Source of the DNA: Akkermansia muciniphila
GTDB taxonomy: Bacteria; Verrucomicrobiota; Verrucomicrobiia; Limisphaerales; UBA9464
NCBI GenBank assembly: GCA_945860685.1
Contig: CAMASJ010000001.1
Coordinates: forward strand, 1-60,925
Length of the DNA: 60,925 bases
Reading direction: 5' to 3'
The position numbers and the translations under genes are program-made. Below the pieces are notes generated by a model. The model worked only from the letters and a program-made list of their open reading frames with translations. It was not told the DNA's origin and ran no database searches. Below, one piece after another: positions 37,968 through 48,220 of the stretch; within the stretch, counting starts at the first letter, position 1; each line of letters starts with the position of its first letter.

Positions 37968-39107
37968 ATGACCCGTCTGGAGGACTCCCGATTCTGTCGA
38001 CACCTCCCCGAGGAATGCATTGCCACGGTAAGCGAACAGGGCATTCCGAGATCGTTTCCTGAAGGCTCGATGCTTTTCCGCGAAGGCGATGTCGGGGACG
38101 GCCTCTACATCATCCTCGAGGGCAGCGTCGACATCACGGCGAAATCCGCGCCCGACAGGGAACACGTCCTCTCAAGGATGGAGGCCGGCGACTACTTCGG
38201 CGAGATGGCCATCTTCGACGGGGGCACCCGCTCGGCGAGCGCCACAGCGCGGACAGATGTCCATGCCGTGTTCCTGCCCGCCGGCTTGCTGCTCGAGTTG
38301 CTGGCAAAGGCCCCGAGGTTGGCAACCTCGCTGGTCCGGGACGCCAGCCTGAGGATGCGTGACTTCAACCGGCGGTTCCTCCGGGAATCGCTCCGGGCCG
38401 AACGTCTGGCAATGCTGGAGAGGCTCGCCCGCACCATCGTCCACGACTTCCGCAATCCGTTGAACGTCATTGGCATCGCCGCAGACATGGCCGCCGAGCC
38501 GACCGCCACCGCCGCCGACCGCAGATCCTCCCGCGACCGGATCCGCTACCAGGTCGAGGTGCTCAACCGGATGATGCAGGAACTGATGGATTTCACGCGG
38601 GGAATGGGACCGAACGTCGTACTCGCCCGGGTGAATTATCAGGACTTCCTCCGGGAAGTGCTCATCGAGCTTTCCGCGGAGAGCCAGCGCCGAGGCGTGG
38701 ACGTCGAGGTCTCCGGACATCTGCCGTCCGTGGAACTCCGGATCGATCCTCCACGACTTTCACGGGTGTTCACCAACCTGACCCAGAACGCCTTCGACGC
38801 ACTTTCGGGCAAGAAGGAAGGGAAACTGAGCCTCGCGGTCAGGCAGGAAGGCGAAATGGTGGTCACCGAAATCCTGGACAACGGCCCGGGTATTCCGGCG
38901 GAACATCTCCCCATGCTTTTCGAGCCATTCTTCACCGCGGGCAAGGCCCATGGAACCGGTTTGGGACTGGCCATCTGTGAAAGGATCGTTCGAGAACATG
39001 GCGGGCGCATCTGGGCCGAATCGAACCCCGGCGCAGGCGCCGCGTTCCGGTTTGAGCTGCCGATCGCGGCCCCAGGCGACACGGACCGCTTGAACCGCAC
39101 CGCCTGA
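37968..39107 (+). CDS. Cyclic-nucleotide-binding (CAP-type) domain fused to HisKA/HATPase_c histidine kinase
   Basis: The N-terminus [24 protein letters not shown]...[21 protein letters not shown] is the cNMP-binding beta-barrel signature. H-box [18 protein letters not shown] boxes [24 protein letters not shown]. No TM segment and no receiver domain. Confidence 0.85.
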   Translation: MTRLEDSRFCRHLPEECIATVSEQGIPRSFPEGSMLFREGDVGDGLYIILEGSVDITAKSAPDREHVLSRMEAGDYFGEMAIFDGGTRSASATARTDVHAVFLPAGLLLELLAKAPRLATSLVRDASLRMRDFNRRFLRESLRAERLAMLERLARTIVHDFRNPLNVIGIAADMAAEPTATAADRRSSRDRIRYQVEVLNRMMQELMDFTRGMGPNVVLARVNYQDFLREVLIELSAESQRRGVDVEVSGHLPSVELRIDPPRLSRVFTNLTQNAFDALSGKKEGKLSLAVRQEGEMVVTEILDNGPGIPAEHLPMLFEPFFTAGKAHGTGLGLAICERIVREHGGRIWAESNPGAGAAFRFELPIAAPGDTDRLNRTA

Positions 39108-39159
39108 ACTTCGTTTCCCCATCGATTCTCGGCCGGCACACGGACCATATTCCCGAACC

Positions 39160-41127
39160 GTGAACCGCATCCGCCTGCTCCCCGAGCATGTCGCTAACCA
39201 GATCGCCGCCGGCGAGGTCGTGGAGCGTCCGGCCAGCGTGGTGAAGGAATTGGTGGAGAACTCCCTCGATGCGGAGGCCCGGCGGATCGCCGTGGAAATC
39301 GGCGCCGGAGGACGAAGCCTGATCCGCGTCACCGACGACGGCTGCGGCATGAGCCGCGACGACGCGCTGCTCTGTCTGGAACGGCACGCGACTTCGAAGA
39401 TCACAAGAGCTGAGGACCTTTCGGCCATCGCCACCATGGGCTTCCGTGGCGAAGCGATTCCGAGCATCGCGAGCGTCAGCCGCTTCTCTCTCACCACGCG
39501 GGAGGAGAACCAAGCTGCAGGAGAGGGGTGCCGGGTCCTGATCCAAGGCGGAAGAATCGTGGAGGTGTCCGCGGCCGCCTCCCCCATCGGAACCACCATC
39601 GAAGTCCGCCAGCTCTTCTTCAACCTGCCCGCCCGACGCAAGTTCCTCCGCTCCGAGGAAACGGAACGTGCTCACATCCAACACTATCTGGTATTGGTCG
39701 CCCTGGCTTGGCCTGGTGTGGGATTCACCTTCCTCTCGGACGGGAGGACGCTCTGGCAGCTCCCGCCCCTGTCGTGGGAATCGCCCTCCGAACGGTCCAC
39801 CGCGCTTCGGGAACGCCTGCTGCAGCTCCACGGCAAGGACACGCCCCTTCTCGAGGTCGACTTCAAAGCCGGCATCGAGGAGGCCCCTGAGATCATCGAT
39901 TCCGCGGACCCGTTGACGCTTCGGGATCAGGGAAAGGTCTCCAGCTTCCGGATCTGGGGATTCATCGGCGCCCCCGGAGTTTCCCGCGGCAACCGGTCGG
40001 AACAGCATCTCTTCGTGAACCAGAGGCCGGTGGAGAACCGGGGACTCAACCTCGCCTTGCTCGAAGGATACCACACCGCACTCATGCGGGGCCGATTCCC
40101 GGTTTGTTGCCTGTTCCTCGAAATCGATCCGGCAGCCGTGGACGTCAATGTCCACCCGCAGAAGAGGGAAGTACGTTTCCGGGAGGAGTCCGCGGTCCGA
40201 CGACTCACAGCCAAGGCCGTACGGGAGGCCATCCAACGTTTCCATTCAGGGCAGCCCAGGCCGGCAACGGATTGGGTTTCGCCGGAGCCGCCACCTTCGA
40301 CTGAACCGCGAGCAGAGCTTCCGCACCCGCCCCCCTCTCCGAGTGGACTTTGCGAACTCACACCGACCGTCGTCCGCCCGGCCACAGCTGTCCGGGTTCT
40401 GCCCGGATCCGAAATGGTTCCGGAACTGCCGCTTCCGTCCCCAACCGTCGGCACCCGTTCCGGATCTGCTCCGTCCGGGATTCCAATCCCGGTTTCCCCG
40501 CCTCCGTCTCCGACTGGCTCGGCCTCTCCACCACCCCTACTCCGGGTTCCATTGAGGCTCGCGGGGATCGTAGGACGACTTTATGTGGTGCTTGAATCCG
40601 ACCGGGGCATGGTCCTGTTGGATCAACATGCGGCCCACGAGCGGATTCTGTTCGAACAGATGCTCGCGAGGCTCGAATCCGGAGGAAACGCTGCCTCCCA
40701 GCGCCTGCTCCTGCCCGAGACCGTCGAACTGCCGGCTCGCGAGGCCGAGTTCGTCCGCCGAAGCCTGGAGGTCCTCGGCCGTCTTGGCATCGGACTCTCG
40801 GAGTTCGGTGACCGGACGTTTCTCCTGGATGGCCTGCCGCCGTTCGTCCGCGTCCGCTCACCCAAGACGTTCGTGCTGGGCCTCATCGATGAACTCCAGG
40901 CTGCGGGGGCGGGCATCAACGCCCTCCGCGCCGGCGAGGAGATGATCGCCAAGACCGTCTGCCGCCATGCGGTAAAGGCGAACGATCCCCTCTCCACCGC
41001 CGAAATCGAGAACCTGATCGAGGACCTCCGTCGTTGCACGATGCCCTACACATGTCCACACGGACGGCCCACGCTCATCGAAATGGGCTGGCGGGAACTC
41101 GAGAAGCGCTTCGGTCGGACCGGTTGA
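39160..41127 (+). CDS. mutL: DNA mismatch repair endonuclease MutL
   Basis: GTG start. MNRIRLLPEHVANQIAAGEVVERPASVVKELVENSLDA (GHKL ATPase). Pro-rich linker. C-terminal endonuclease motifs DQHAAHERILFE and CPHGRPT. Confidence 0.93.
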   Translation: MNRIRLLPEHVANQIAAGEVVERPASVVKELVENSLDAEARRIAVEIGAGGRSLIRVTDDGCGMSRDDALLCLERHATSKITRAEDLSAIATMGFRGEAIPSIASVSRFSLTTREENQAAGEGCRVLIQGGRIVEVSAAASPIGTTIEVRQLFFNLPARRKFLRSEETERAHIQHYLVLVALAWPGVGFTFLSDGRTLWQLPPLSWESPSERSTALRERLLQLHGKDTPLLEVDFKAGIEEAPEIIDSADPLTLRDQGKVSSFRIWGFIGAPGVSRGNRSEQHLFVNQRPVENRGLNLALLEGYHTALMRGRFPVCCLFLEIDPAAVDVNVHPQKREVRFREESAVRRLTAKAVREAIQRFHSGQPRPATDWVSPEPPPSTEPRAELPHPPPSPSGLCELTPTVVRPATAVRVLPGSEMVPELPLPSPTVGTRSGSAPSGIPIPVSPPPSPTGSASPPPLLRVPLRLAGIVGRLYVVLESDRGMVLLDQHAAHERILFEQMLARLESGGNAASQRLLLPETVELPAREAEFVRRSLEVLGRLGIGLSEFGDRTFLLDGLPPFVRVRSPKTFVLGLIDELQAAGAGINALRAGEEMIAKTVCRHAVKANDPLSTAEIENLIEDLRRCTMPYTCPHGRPTLIEMGWRELEKRFGRTG

Positions 41128-41181
41128 ACGGACATCCAGTCCCCGCTTGAGCCCGGCGGCCAAAAGGATAGCTTCGCCGGC

Positions 41182-41340
41182 ATGAAGTTCCTGACCTCGC
41201 TCGCTTTCTTCGTGGTTCTGGCCGCCGTCCTGGCCGCGGGCATCGCGATCGCCGCCACCAAGGGGTCCGCCCTGCTCCTCCTGATCGGTTCCGCGGTCTT
41301 CGTCGCGTTGTTCGTGAAGTTCGGTTGCCTGACTCACTGA
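41182..41340 (+). CDS. Small (52 aa) two-helix membrane protein, not in the ORF track
   Basis: ATG 41182 to TGA 41340: MKFLTSLAFFVVLAAVLAAGIAIAATKGSALLLLIGSAVFVALFVKFGCLTH. Strong GC3 bias as in neighbouring genes. An AAGGA lies about 11 nt upstream of the ATG. Confidence 0.5.
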   Translation: MKFLTSLAFFVVLAAVLAAGIAIAATKGSALLLLIGSAVFVALFVKFGCLTH

Positions 41341-41500
41341 ACCGGCGCCCAACTCCGAGGCTGCGTACCCGAATCTTCACAAGGCGGACCGTTCCGGTCC
41401 TTGACGGAAGCCCATTCTCAACGCCATCTGAAGCCGCCTACCTGACTCCCCGGGAATTCCTGAAACAATTCCCGACCAGCCGGGTCCATGGTGGGTCGAC

Positions 41501-42769
41501 ATGCCGGCAAGCCACATCACCGCCTCGTCCCTGATCCTCGCCGGGCTCCTGCTCGCGACCACAGGCTGCAACCGCAACACCGCCCTTGCCGTCGTCACGG
41601 AGAAGGCCCAGCGGAGGAACCTCACCGAGGTCGTCACCGGCAGCGGGAAGCTGCAGCCGGTCGTCCAGGTGAAGATCAGCTCTGAGGTCGCTGGTGAAAT
41701 CATCGAGTTGCCCGTCAAGGAAGGCCAGCGGGTCAAGAAGGGTGATCTCCTGGTCAAGGTTCGTGCCGACCTCTACCAGGCCGCTCTCAAGAGCCAGGAG
41801 GCGAGCCTGAAGTCCGCGCAGGCGGATCTCCTCACCGCCGAGGCGAACGCCCGGAAGGCGGACGCCGAGTTCAAGCGCGGCTACGAGCTCTTCACCAAGA
41901 AGCTGGTCAGCGACTCCATCTTCGACGACATCCGCACCGCGAGCGAGGTCGCCAAGGCAAACGCAGCCGCCTCCGCCCAGCGCATCGAAATGGCACGGGC
42001 TTCGTTGAAACGGGCCGAGGAAGATCTGCTCAAGACGACCATCTACAGCCCCATCGACGGCACCGTTTCCAAGCTGAACTCCGAGTTGGGTGAAAGGGTT
42101 TCCGGCACGGGAATGATGGCCGGCACCGAGATCATGACCGTGGCGGATCTTGGCGAGATGGAAGCCCGCATCGAAGTGGGAGAGATCGACGTCGTGATGA
42201 TCCAGCCCGGATTCAAGGCCAAGTTGGATGTCGATTCCTTCAAGGATCGGAAATTTGACGGCATGGTGACCCAGGTGGCCAAGTCCGCGAAGACCGCCGC
42301 CGCCGGAACCCAGCAGGAGTCCACCAAGTTCGAGGTCCGCATCCGCATGGCTGACAAGGGGATCTTCCTGCCGGGGATGAGCGCCACCGCCGACATCGAG
42401 ACCCGCTACCGGACCAATGTCGTCAGCGTCCCCATCCAGGCGGTCACCACCCGGCTCCCGAAGGGCGCCAAGGAGGCGGCTGCCGTTGTCACCGAAGAGG
42501 AAAAGGGTCAGATCGAATACCTCGCCGGAAAGAAGGCTCGTGACGGCGCCAAGCCGATGGAGGTGGTCTTCATCAAGGACGGCACCAAGGCCAAGATGGT
42601 ACCCGTCAAGCGTGGCATCAGCGACGACGCCTACTATGAAATCCTTGAAGGGCTCAACGAGGGTCAGGAAGTCATCACCGGCAGCTTCAAGGCGGTCTCC
42701 AAGGAACTGGAGGACGACAAGGAAGTGAAGCTTGAGGAACCGAAGAAGAAGGTTCCGGAGAAGCCCTGA
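41501..42769 (+). CDS. Efflux transporter periplasmic adaptor (HlyD/MacA family)
   Basis: Lipobox-like LLLATTGC, biotinyl/lipoyl-like hairpin [43 protein letters not shown], coiled-coil, beta-barrel (IYSPIDGTV). Confidence 0.88.
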   Translation: MPASHITASSLILAGLLLATTGCNRNTALAVVTEKAQRRNLTEVVTGSGKLQPVVQVKISSEVAGEIIELPVKEGQRVKKGDLLVKVRADLYQAALKSQEASLKSAQADLLTAEANARKADAEFKRGYELFTKKLVSDSIFDDIRTASEVAKANAAASAQRIEMARASLKRAEEDLLKTTIYSPIDGTVSKLNSELGERVSGTGMMAGTEIMTVADLGEMEARIEVGEIDVVMIQPGFKAKLDVDSFKDRKFDGMVTQVAKSAKTAAAGTQQESTKFEVRIRMADKGIFLPGMSATADIETRYRTNVVSVPIQAVTTRLPKGAKEAAAVVTEEEKGQIEYLAGKKARDGAKPMEVVFIKDGTKAKMVPVKRGISDDAYYEILEGLNEGQEVITGSFKAVSKELEDDKEVKLEEPKKKVPEKP

Positions 42770-42780
42770 ACCGCAGCAGC

Positions 42781-43530
42781 ATGCCACTCATCCAAATCGA
42801 GAACCTCGCCCGCCGCTATGTCATGGGCAGCGAGACCGTACATGCGCTGCGCGGAGTCTCCCTTTCGATCGAGCGCGGCGAATACCTCGCCATCATGGGC
42901 CCTTCAGGTTCCGGGAAGTCGACCCTGATGAACCTCCTGGGTTGCCTCGACACCCCCAGCGAAGGCGTCTACCAACTCAACGGAAAGAACGTCGCGAGGA
43001 TGGGCGACAACGAGCTCGCGGACATCCGGAACCGGGAAATCGGATTCGTGTTCCAAAGCTTCAACCTTCTGGCCAGATCCGATGCGCTCCACAACGTCGA
43101 GCTGCCGCTGATCTACGCAGGCCTGACTCCGAAGGATCGTCGCGAGCAGGCCAGGACCGCACTGGTCAATGTCGGGCTCGGGGAACGCCTCCACCACCGC
43201 CCCAACGAGCTGTCCGGTGGCCAAAGACAACGGGTCGCCATCGCCCGGGCTCTGGTCAACCGGCCTTCCATCATCCTCGCGGACGAACCCACGGGTAATC
43301 TCGATTCGAAGACCGGTATCGAGATCCTGGCACTCTTCGAGGAACTGTCACGTCGCGGCAACACGATCATCGTGGTCACCCACGAGGAGGAAGTCGCCCT
43401 GCACGCCCGCCGGGTCATCCGGATCCGGGACGGCCTGATCGCCGCCGACGAGATCAACCACGATCAGCGGGCGGTGACCGGAGGTGCCGCGGCCGCCGCC
43501 GGCGGATTCGCTCCTCCCATCATCGCGTGA
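42781..43530 (+). CDS. ABC transporter ATP-binding protein (MacB/LolD-type)
   Basis: [74 protein letters not shown]. Confidence 0.92.
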   Translation: MPLIQIENLARRYVMGSETVHALRGVSLSIERGEYLAIMGPSGSGKSTLMNLLGCLDTPSEGVYQLNGKNVARMGDNELADIRNREIGFVFQSFNLLARSDALHNVELPLIYAGLTPKDRREQARTALVNVGLGERLHHRPNELSGGQRQRVAIARALVNRPSIILADEPTGNLDSKTGIEILALFEELSRRGNTIIVVTHEEEVALHARRVIRIRDGLIAADEINHDQRAVTGGAAAAAGGFAPPIIA

Positions 43531-43537
43531 ACCGGCA

Positions 43538-44782
43538 ATGACCCTTGCCACCGAAATCCGCGAATCCGCCCGGATCGCCTTGGCTGCAATACGGGCCAAC
43601 AAGATGCGTTCGGGGCTGACCACCCTCGGGGTGGTGATCGGCATCCTGACCGCAACCCTGGTTGGGACCATGCTCAACGGCATGACCCTCGCCTTCGAGC
43701 GCTCCGTCTCCTCACTTGGGGCGGATGTCATCAACATCGGTCGCTTCCCTTGGATGAGCTTCGACGACTACCGGCTCTATCGGAACCGCAAGGAGATCAC
43801 CTTCCAGCAATATCGGGAATTGGAGCGGCAGATGTCCCTCGCCTCGGCCGTAGCCCCGCAGTCGGAAGACTTCGGCGTTTCAGTGAGCTTCGAGCGCCGT
43901 CGCGCGAAGGGGGTCTGGTTGGTCGGCAACACCGAGGCCGCCCTCGCCATCCGCGGCCTGACCGTCACCAGGGGGCGATGGCTGTCCGCCTCGGACGTGA
44001 ATTCCGAGCGCGCCGTCTGTGTGCTCGGCTCCTACCTCGCGGAGGCGTTCTTTGCGAACGACGATCCGATCGGGAAGAAAATCCGGATCAACGACATCCC
44101 CTACGAAGTGGTTGGGGTCCTGGAGAAGATGGGAAATATGCTCGGCTGGAACCAGGACAACCAAGTGGTGATCCCGGTCACCCGGTTCAAGGGAGACATC
44201 AACCGCAGGCCCGACTATGTCATCACCGCCAAAGCGACGCGGCCCGACCTCGTGCCCGAGATGAGGGAGGAGGCCAGGTCCATCTTCCGAAGGATCCGGA
44301 GGATCGAGCCGGGCCGACCCGACGACTTCGCCATCAACCAACAGGAGGCCATCACCAGCTTTTTCTCTGGATTCAAGACTACCTTGGGAAGCTTCGGCTT
44401 TTTTGTCACCGGACTCTCCCTGTTCGTCGGAGGCATCGGGATCATGAACATCATGTTCGTCTCGGTCGCCGAACGAACCAAGGAGATCGGCATTCGAAAG
44501 GCCCTTGGTGCCAAAAAGCGCACCATCCTCACCCAGTTCCTGATGGAGGCCGCCGGGATCACCCTTTTCGCGGGTCTGATCGGCATCGGACTGGCCTGGC
44601 CTATTTCCTGGAAGATCGGTGAGATGGCCCGCGAAGCCGGCTCCGTTTTCGAGGCCCAGATGTCCTGGTGGATCGTTGCCCTCGCGATCGGTGTCTCCGC
44701 GGCGACCGGGATCATCGCAGGCTTCATACCGGCTTGGCGGGCAAGCCGCATGGATCCCGTGGACGCCTTGCGTTCGGAATGA
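43538..44782 (+). CDS. ABC transporter permease, MacB/FtsX-like (copy 1)
   Basis: ATG at 43538. N-terminal TM helix (RSGLTTLGVVIGILTATLV), a large periplasmic domain, and the C-terminal FtsX module (SVAERTKEIGIRKALGAKKRTI...). Confidence 0.88.
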   Translation: MTLATEIRESARIALAAIRANKMRSGLTTLGVVIGILTATLVGTMLNGMTLAFERSVSSLGADVINIGRFPWMSFDDYRLYRNRKEITFQQYRELERQMSLASAVAPQSEDFGVSVSFERRRAKGVWLVGNTEAALAIRGLTVTRGRWLSASDVNSERAVCVLGSYLAEAFFANDDPIGKKIRINDIPYEVVGVLEKMGNMLGWNQDNQVVIPVTRFKGDINRRPDYVITAKATRPDLVPEMREEARSIFRRIRRIEPGRPDDFAINQQEAITSFFSGFKTTLGSFGFFVTGLSLFVGGIGIMNIMFVSVAERTKEIGIRKALGAKKRTILTQFLMEAAGITLFAGLIGIGLAWPISWKIGEMAREAGSVFEAQMSWWIVALAIGVSAATGIIAGFIPAWRASRMDPVDALRSE

Positions 44783-46023
44783 CCATGACCCGATCCCGCG
44801 AAATCCTGGAGATGATCCGGATGGCGTTCACCGCCGTCCGCAGCCACGTCCTCCGCTCCTCCCTGACCATCCTCGGCGTGTTCGTCGGGGTCTTCTCGAT
44901 CATCGCGGTGATGACCGGCATCCGGGTGCTCCAGAACAACCTCGAGACCGCGATGAGCGGCCTTGGAGCCAACACCTTCCAGTTCCAGCGTTTCCCGGCC
45001 ATCAGCTTCGATGACAGCGATTTCGAGAAGTACCTCCGGAGGAAGCGATTCTTCGTGTCCGACATGAATCGCCTCCAAGAGAAGGCGGGCATGGCCTTGG
45101 CGATCTCGGCACAGTCCCAGTTCGGTGTGGGCGAGGCGGGTTCACGATATGCCCGGACCAATCCCAACATCCCGGGCTCCGCGGTCACAGCCGAAGCGTT
45201 CTCCACCCAAAACTGGACCGTGGCGGAGGGACGTGGGTTCAGCGAAACCGACGACGAAAGCGGGCGTCGGGTCTGCGTCCTGGGTGCTGATCTTGCGGAC
45301 AAGCTCTTTCCCCTAGGATCGCCACTGGGCGAAGTGGTGAGGTTTCAGGGTGTTCCGTATACCGTGGTTGGACTGCTGGCCCGACGCGGATCGCTGTTCG
45401 GCCAGAGTAGGGACAACTTCATCGCCGTGCCCCTCGGAACCGCGATCCGGCTCTACGGACAGAGGTTGGCGCTGACCATACAGGTCCAGGCTCCGGACCG
45501 GGACTCCTATCCCGAGGTTCTGGAGCAGGCACGCGGCGCGATGCGGGCGCTCCGTCGAGTTCCTCCGGGTGAGGACGACGACTTCGAGGTGGTCTCGAAC
45601 GAGTCGGCGGTTGGCCAATTCCGAAGCCTCACCTCGGCCATCCGCCTTGGAGCCGCTGCCATCAGTAGCATCGCACTCATCGCCGCCGGCATCGGCATCA
45701 TGAACATCATGCTCGTCAGCGTCACCGAACGTACCCGAGAGATCGGCATCCGCAGGGCCATCGGTGCACGAAAGCGGAGCGTGATGATCCAGTTTGTGGC
45801 CGAGGCGGTCCTGCTCAGCGAGGTGGGCGGTGTGCTCGGCGTCGTGGTTGGGATCCTCTTCGGGAATCTCCTTTGCTTCCTCGTCAGCGCGCCTCCCGTG
45901 ATCCCCATGGACTGGGCCGCCATCGGACTTGGGATTTGTTCCGCGGTGGGAATTCTTTTCGGCACCTACCCTGCCTGGAAGGCGGCGAACCTCGATCCAA
46001 TCGATTCCCTTCGGTACGAGTGA
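44779..46023 (+). CDS. ABC transporter permease, MacB/FtsX-like (copy 2)
   Basis: ATG at 44779 overlaps the previous stop (ATGA). Same architecture (RSSLTILGVFVGVFSIIAV..., SVTERTREIGIRRAIGARKRSV...). Confidence 0.88.
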   Translation: MTMTRSREILEMIRMAFTAVRSHVLRSSLTILGVFVGVFSIIAVMTGIRVLQNNLETAMSGLGANTFQFQRFPAISFDDSDFEKYLRRKRFFVSDMNRLQEKAGMALAISAQSQFGVGEAGSRYARTNPNIPGSAVTAEAFSTQNWTVAEGRGFSETDDESGRRVCVLGADLADKLFPLGSPLGEVVRFQGVPYTVVGLLARRGSLFGQSRDNFIAVPLGTAIRLYGQRLALTIQVQAPDRDSYPEVLEQARGAMRALRRVPPGEDDDFEVVSNESAVGQFRSLTSAIRLGAAAISSIALIAAGIGIMNIMLVSVTERTREIGIRRAIGARKRSVMIQFVAEAVLLSEVGGVLGVVVGILFGNLLCFLVSAPPVIPMDWAAIGLGICSAVGILFGTYPAWKAANLDPIDSLRYE

Positions 46024-46061
46024 CCGCAACCCGTCCCGTCACCCGCCGAACCTGGATCCGG

Positions 46062-47243
46062 TCAGGTCTGGCTGAGACGCTTCACCGGGGCGTCATGGAA
46101 CAGTGAATGGGCCTCACGAAGGATCTCTGGAAGCCGTGCGGCAAAGGGACTCCGGCGGATCACCTCCGGCAACCGGTTCCAATCCAGCTTGTCGACATGC
46201 TCACCCGGAAACCAATGGTCGGCGTTCCCCAGCATGTTATACCGGAACTTGGCCCAATCTCCGAGCCCCAGCGGCTTGGCGTAGGTCCAGATACGCAGGA
46301 TCTCCACCAGGTTCACTTCTCCGGGGATGTCGAAGTACTCCGGCAATCCCCGCCACCAACGGCGGCACCAGTCCGCACCGAGCACCTTCTCCATCTCCGC
46401 CTTCAACCGGAGCTCCACCGGACCCGCCACCTCGGCGGCCCGCTCATAGTGTTCCAGCGCGGCGATGTGCTCGTCGAAGTCCGAGGGCCGCGCCGCGCCC
46501 AACGACAGCGTGTGCACCTCCGGCCTCGCCAGGCAGTAAAGGTCGTTGAACTGCATCGGCGTCAACGGGGCACAGATCGCCCGCATTTTTGGGAGCTCCA
46601 GATAGAGTTTCCCGCCTTTGTCGTTGGGACTGATGATGAAGACACCCATGTCCCGCTGCGCCGCCTCGGCGACGCAGGGTCGGTTGAGGTCGTTGACGAA
46701 GTACCAGTGCAGGTTGACGTAGTCGAACTCGTCGCTGCGGATCGCCTCGGAGATGACCTCGGGCGTCGCGTGGGTGCTGAACCCGACATGGCGGACCCGG
46801 CCTTCCCGCTGCAGGCGCCGGCAGACCTCCAAGCATCCCCCCGGACGCAAAGTCTCATCAAGATGCTGCCGGTTGTTGATCCCGTGGATCGAAAGCAAGT
46901 CCACGTATTCCTGCCCGAGGTAACGCATGGAGGTCTCGAAGGTCTCAAGGAACTCCCCGGCGGTCGGCTTGGGCATCACTTTCGTCTGAAGGATCAGGCT
47001 CTCCCTCGGGAACTGCTTCAGCACCGGCGCCAATTGCATCTCGGAGGAACCGTAGCCGCGCGCGGTCTCGATATGGTGGATCCCCAGCTCTATCGACCTC
47101 GCGATGGTCGCTTCCAGGTTCCTTTGGCCGGCTTCAGGGACCTGATCCCAAGGGATGTCGGACCAGGACTGCTGGTATCGCATGCCACCGCAGGAAAAGA
47201 CCGGCATCTGGAGTCCGGTACGGCCAAACCGACGATACTTCAT
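46062..47243 (-). CDS. Aldo/keto reductase family oxidoreductase
   Basis: ATG at 47243. MKYRRFGRTGLQMPVFSCGGMRY...GIHHIETARGYGSSE...LSIHGIN are AKR signatures, followed by a ~100-aa C-terminal extension. Confidence 0.85.
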   Translation of the reverse strand: MKYRRFGRTGLQMPVFSCGGMRYQQSWSDIPWDQVPEAGQRNLEATIARSIELGIHHIETARGYGSSEMQLAPVLKQFPRESLILQTKVMPKPTAGEFLETFETSMRYLGQEYVDLLSIHGINNRQHLDETLRPGGCLEVCRRLQREGRVRHVGFSTHATPEVISEAIRSDEFDYVNLHWYFVNDLNRPCVAEAAQRDMGVFIISPNDKGGKLYLELPKMRAICAPLTPMQFNDLYCLARPEVHTLSLGAARPSDFDEHIAALEHYERAAEVAGPVELRLKAEMEKVLGADWCRRWWRGLPEYFDIPGEVNLVEILRIWTYAKPLGLGDWAKFRYNMLGNADHWFPGEHVDKLDWNRLPEVIRRSPFAARLPEILREAHSLFHDAPVKRLSQT

Positions 47244-47389
47244 GCGTTGAGAATGGGACCACCCACCCTCTGCGGCAAACACTGGCGACAGATTCTTGAC
47301 CGCCATCCCGCACAGGAGATCGTTGAGATCGTTTTCGCGAAACCTTCAACCGCACCCCGGGTGCTGCCCGGGAACGAAAGGACTTCCAC

Positions 47390-48190
47390 ATGCCATCCAT
47401 GCACGAGATCGAATACGAAATCCACGGTGACGACCTTCAGTTTGTCGAGGTGCTCCTTGATCCCAATGAGGCCGTCGTCGCGGAAGCCGGTGGAATGATG
47501 TACATGGAAGGCGGGATCGAGATGGAGACCATCTTCGGGGATGGCTCCTCCCAACAGAGCGGCATCTGGGGCGCACTTCTGGGGGCCGGCAAGCGGCTCA
47601 TCACCGGCGAGTCGCTCTTCATGACGGTCTTCCACAACAAGGCTCCTGGAAAAGCCAAGGTCGCCTTTGGCGCGCCGTACCCCGGCAAGATCGTGCCTGT
47701 GAAGCTTTCCGACATCGGAGGCGAACTCATCTGCCAGAAAGACTCGTTCCTCTGTGCCGCGAAGGGGGTCAGCCTCGGGATCGCCTTCCAGCGCCGCCTC
47801 GGCGTCGGCCTCTTCGGCGGCGAGGGTTTCATCATGCAGCGCCTGTTGGGCGATGGCTGGGCCTTCGTCCATGCCGGTGGAACCCTTCTGGAACGGACCT
47901 TGGCACCCGGCGAAACGCTGCGGGTCGACACCGGCTGCGTCGTCGCCTACCAAAGTTCCGTCAGCTTCGACATCCAATATGTCGGGAAGGTGAAGTCCGC
48001 GCTCTTCGGCGGGGAAGGTCTGTTCTTCGCGACCCTGCGTGGGCCAGGACGGATCTGGATCCAGTCGCTGCCGCTCAGCCGCCTCGCCGACCGGATCATC
48101 GCGGCTTCACCGGCTGCCGGAGGACGCTCGCGCGAGGAGGGATCGATCCTCGGCGGCCTCGGCGGGCTCCTGGACGGTGACAACCGGTGA
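47390..48190 (+). CDS. AIM24/TIGR00266-family protein (DUF124)
   Basis: [44 protein letters not shown]...[22 protein letters not shown]...[21 protein letters not shown] matches my recollection of this family's repeated beta pattern. Confidence 0.8.
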   Translation: MPSMHEIEYEIHGDDLQFVEVLLDPNEAVVAEAGGMMYMEGGIEMETIFGDGSSQQSGIWGALLGAGKRLITGESLFMTVFHNKAPGKAKVAFGAPYPGKIVPVKLSDIGGELICQKDSFLCAAKGVSLGIAFQRRLGVGLFGGEGFIMQRLLGDGWAFVHAGGTLLERTLAPGETLRVDTGCVVAYQSSVSFDIQYVGKVKSALFGGEGLFFATLRGPGRIWIQSLPLSRLADRIIAASPAAGGRSREEGSILGGLGGLLDGDNR

Positions 48191-48220
48191 GTAGGCCCCG
48201 GTACCCGAGGCGCCGCAGGT

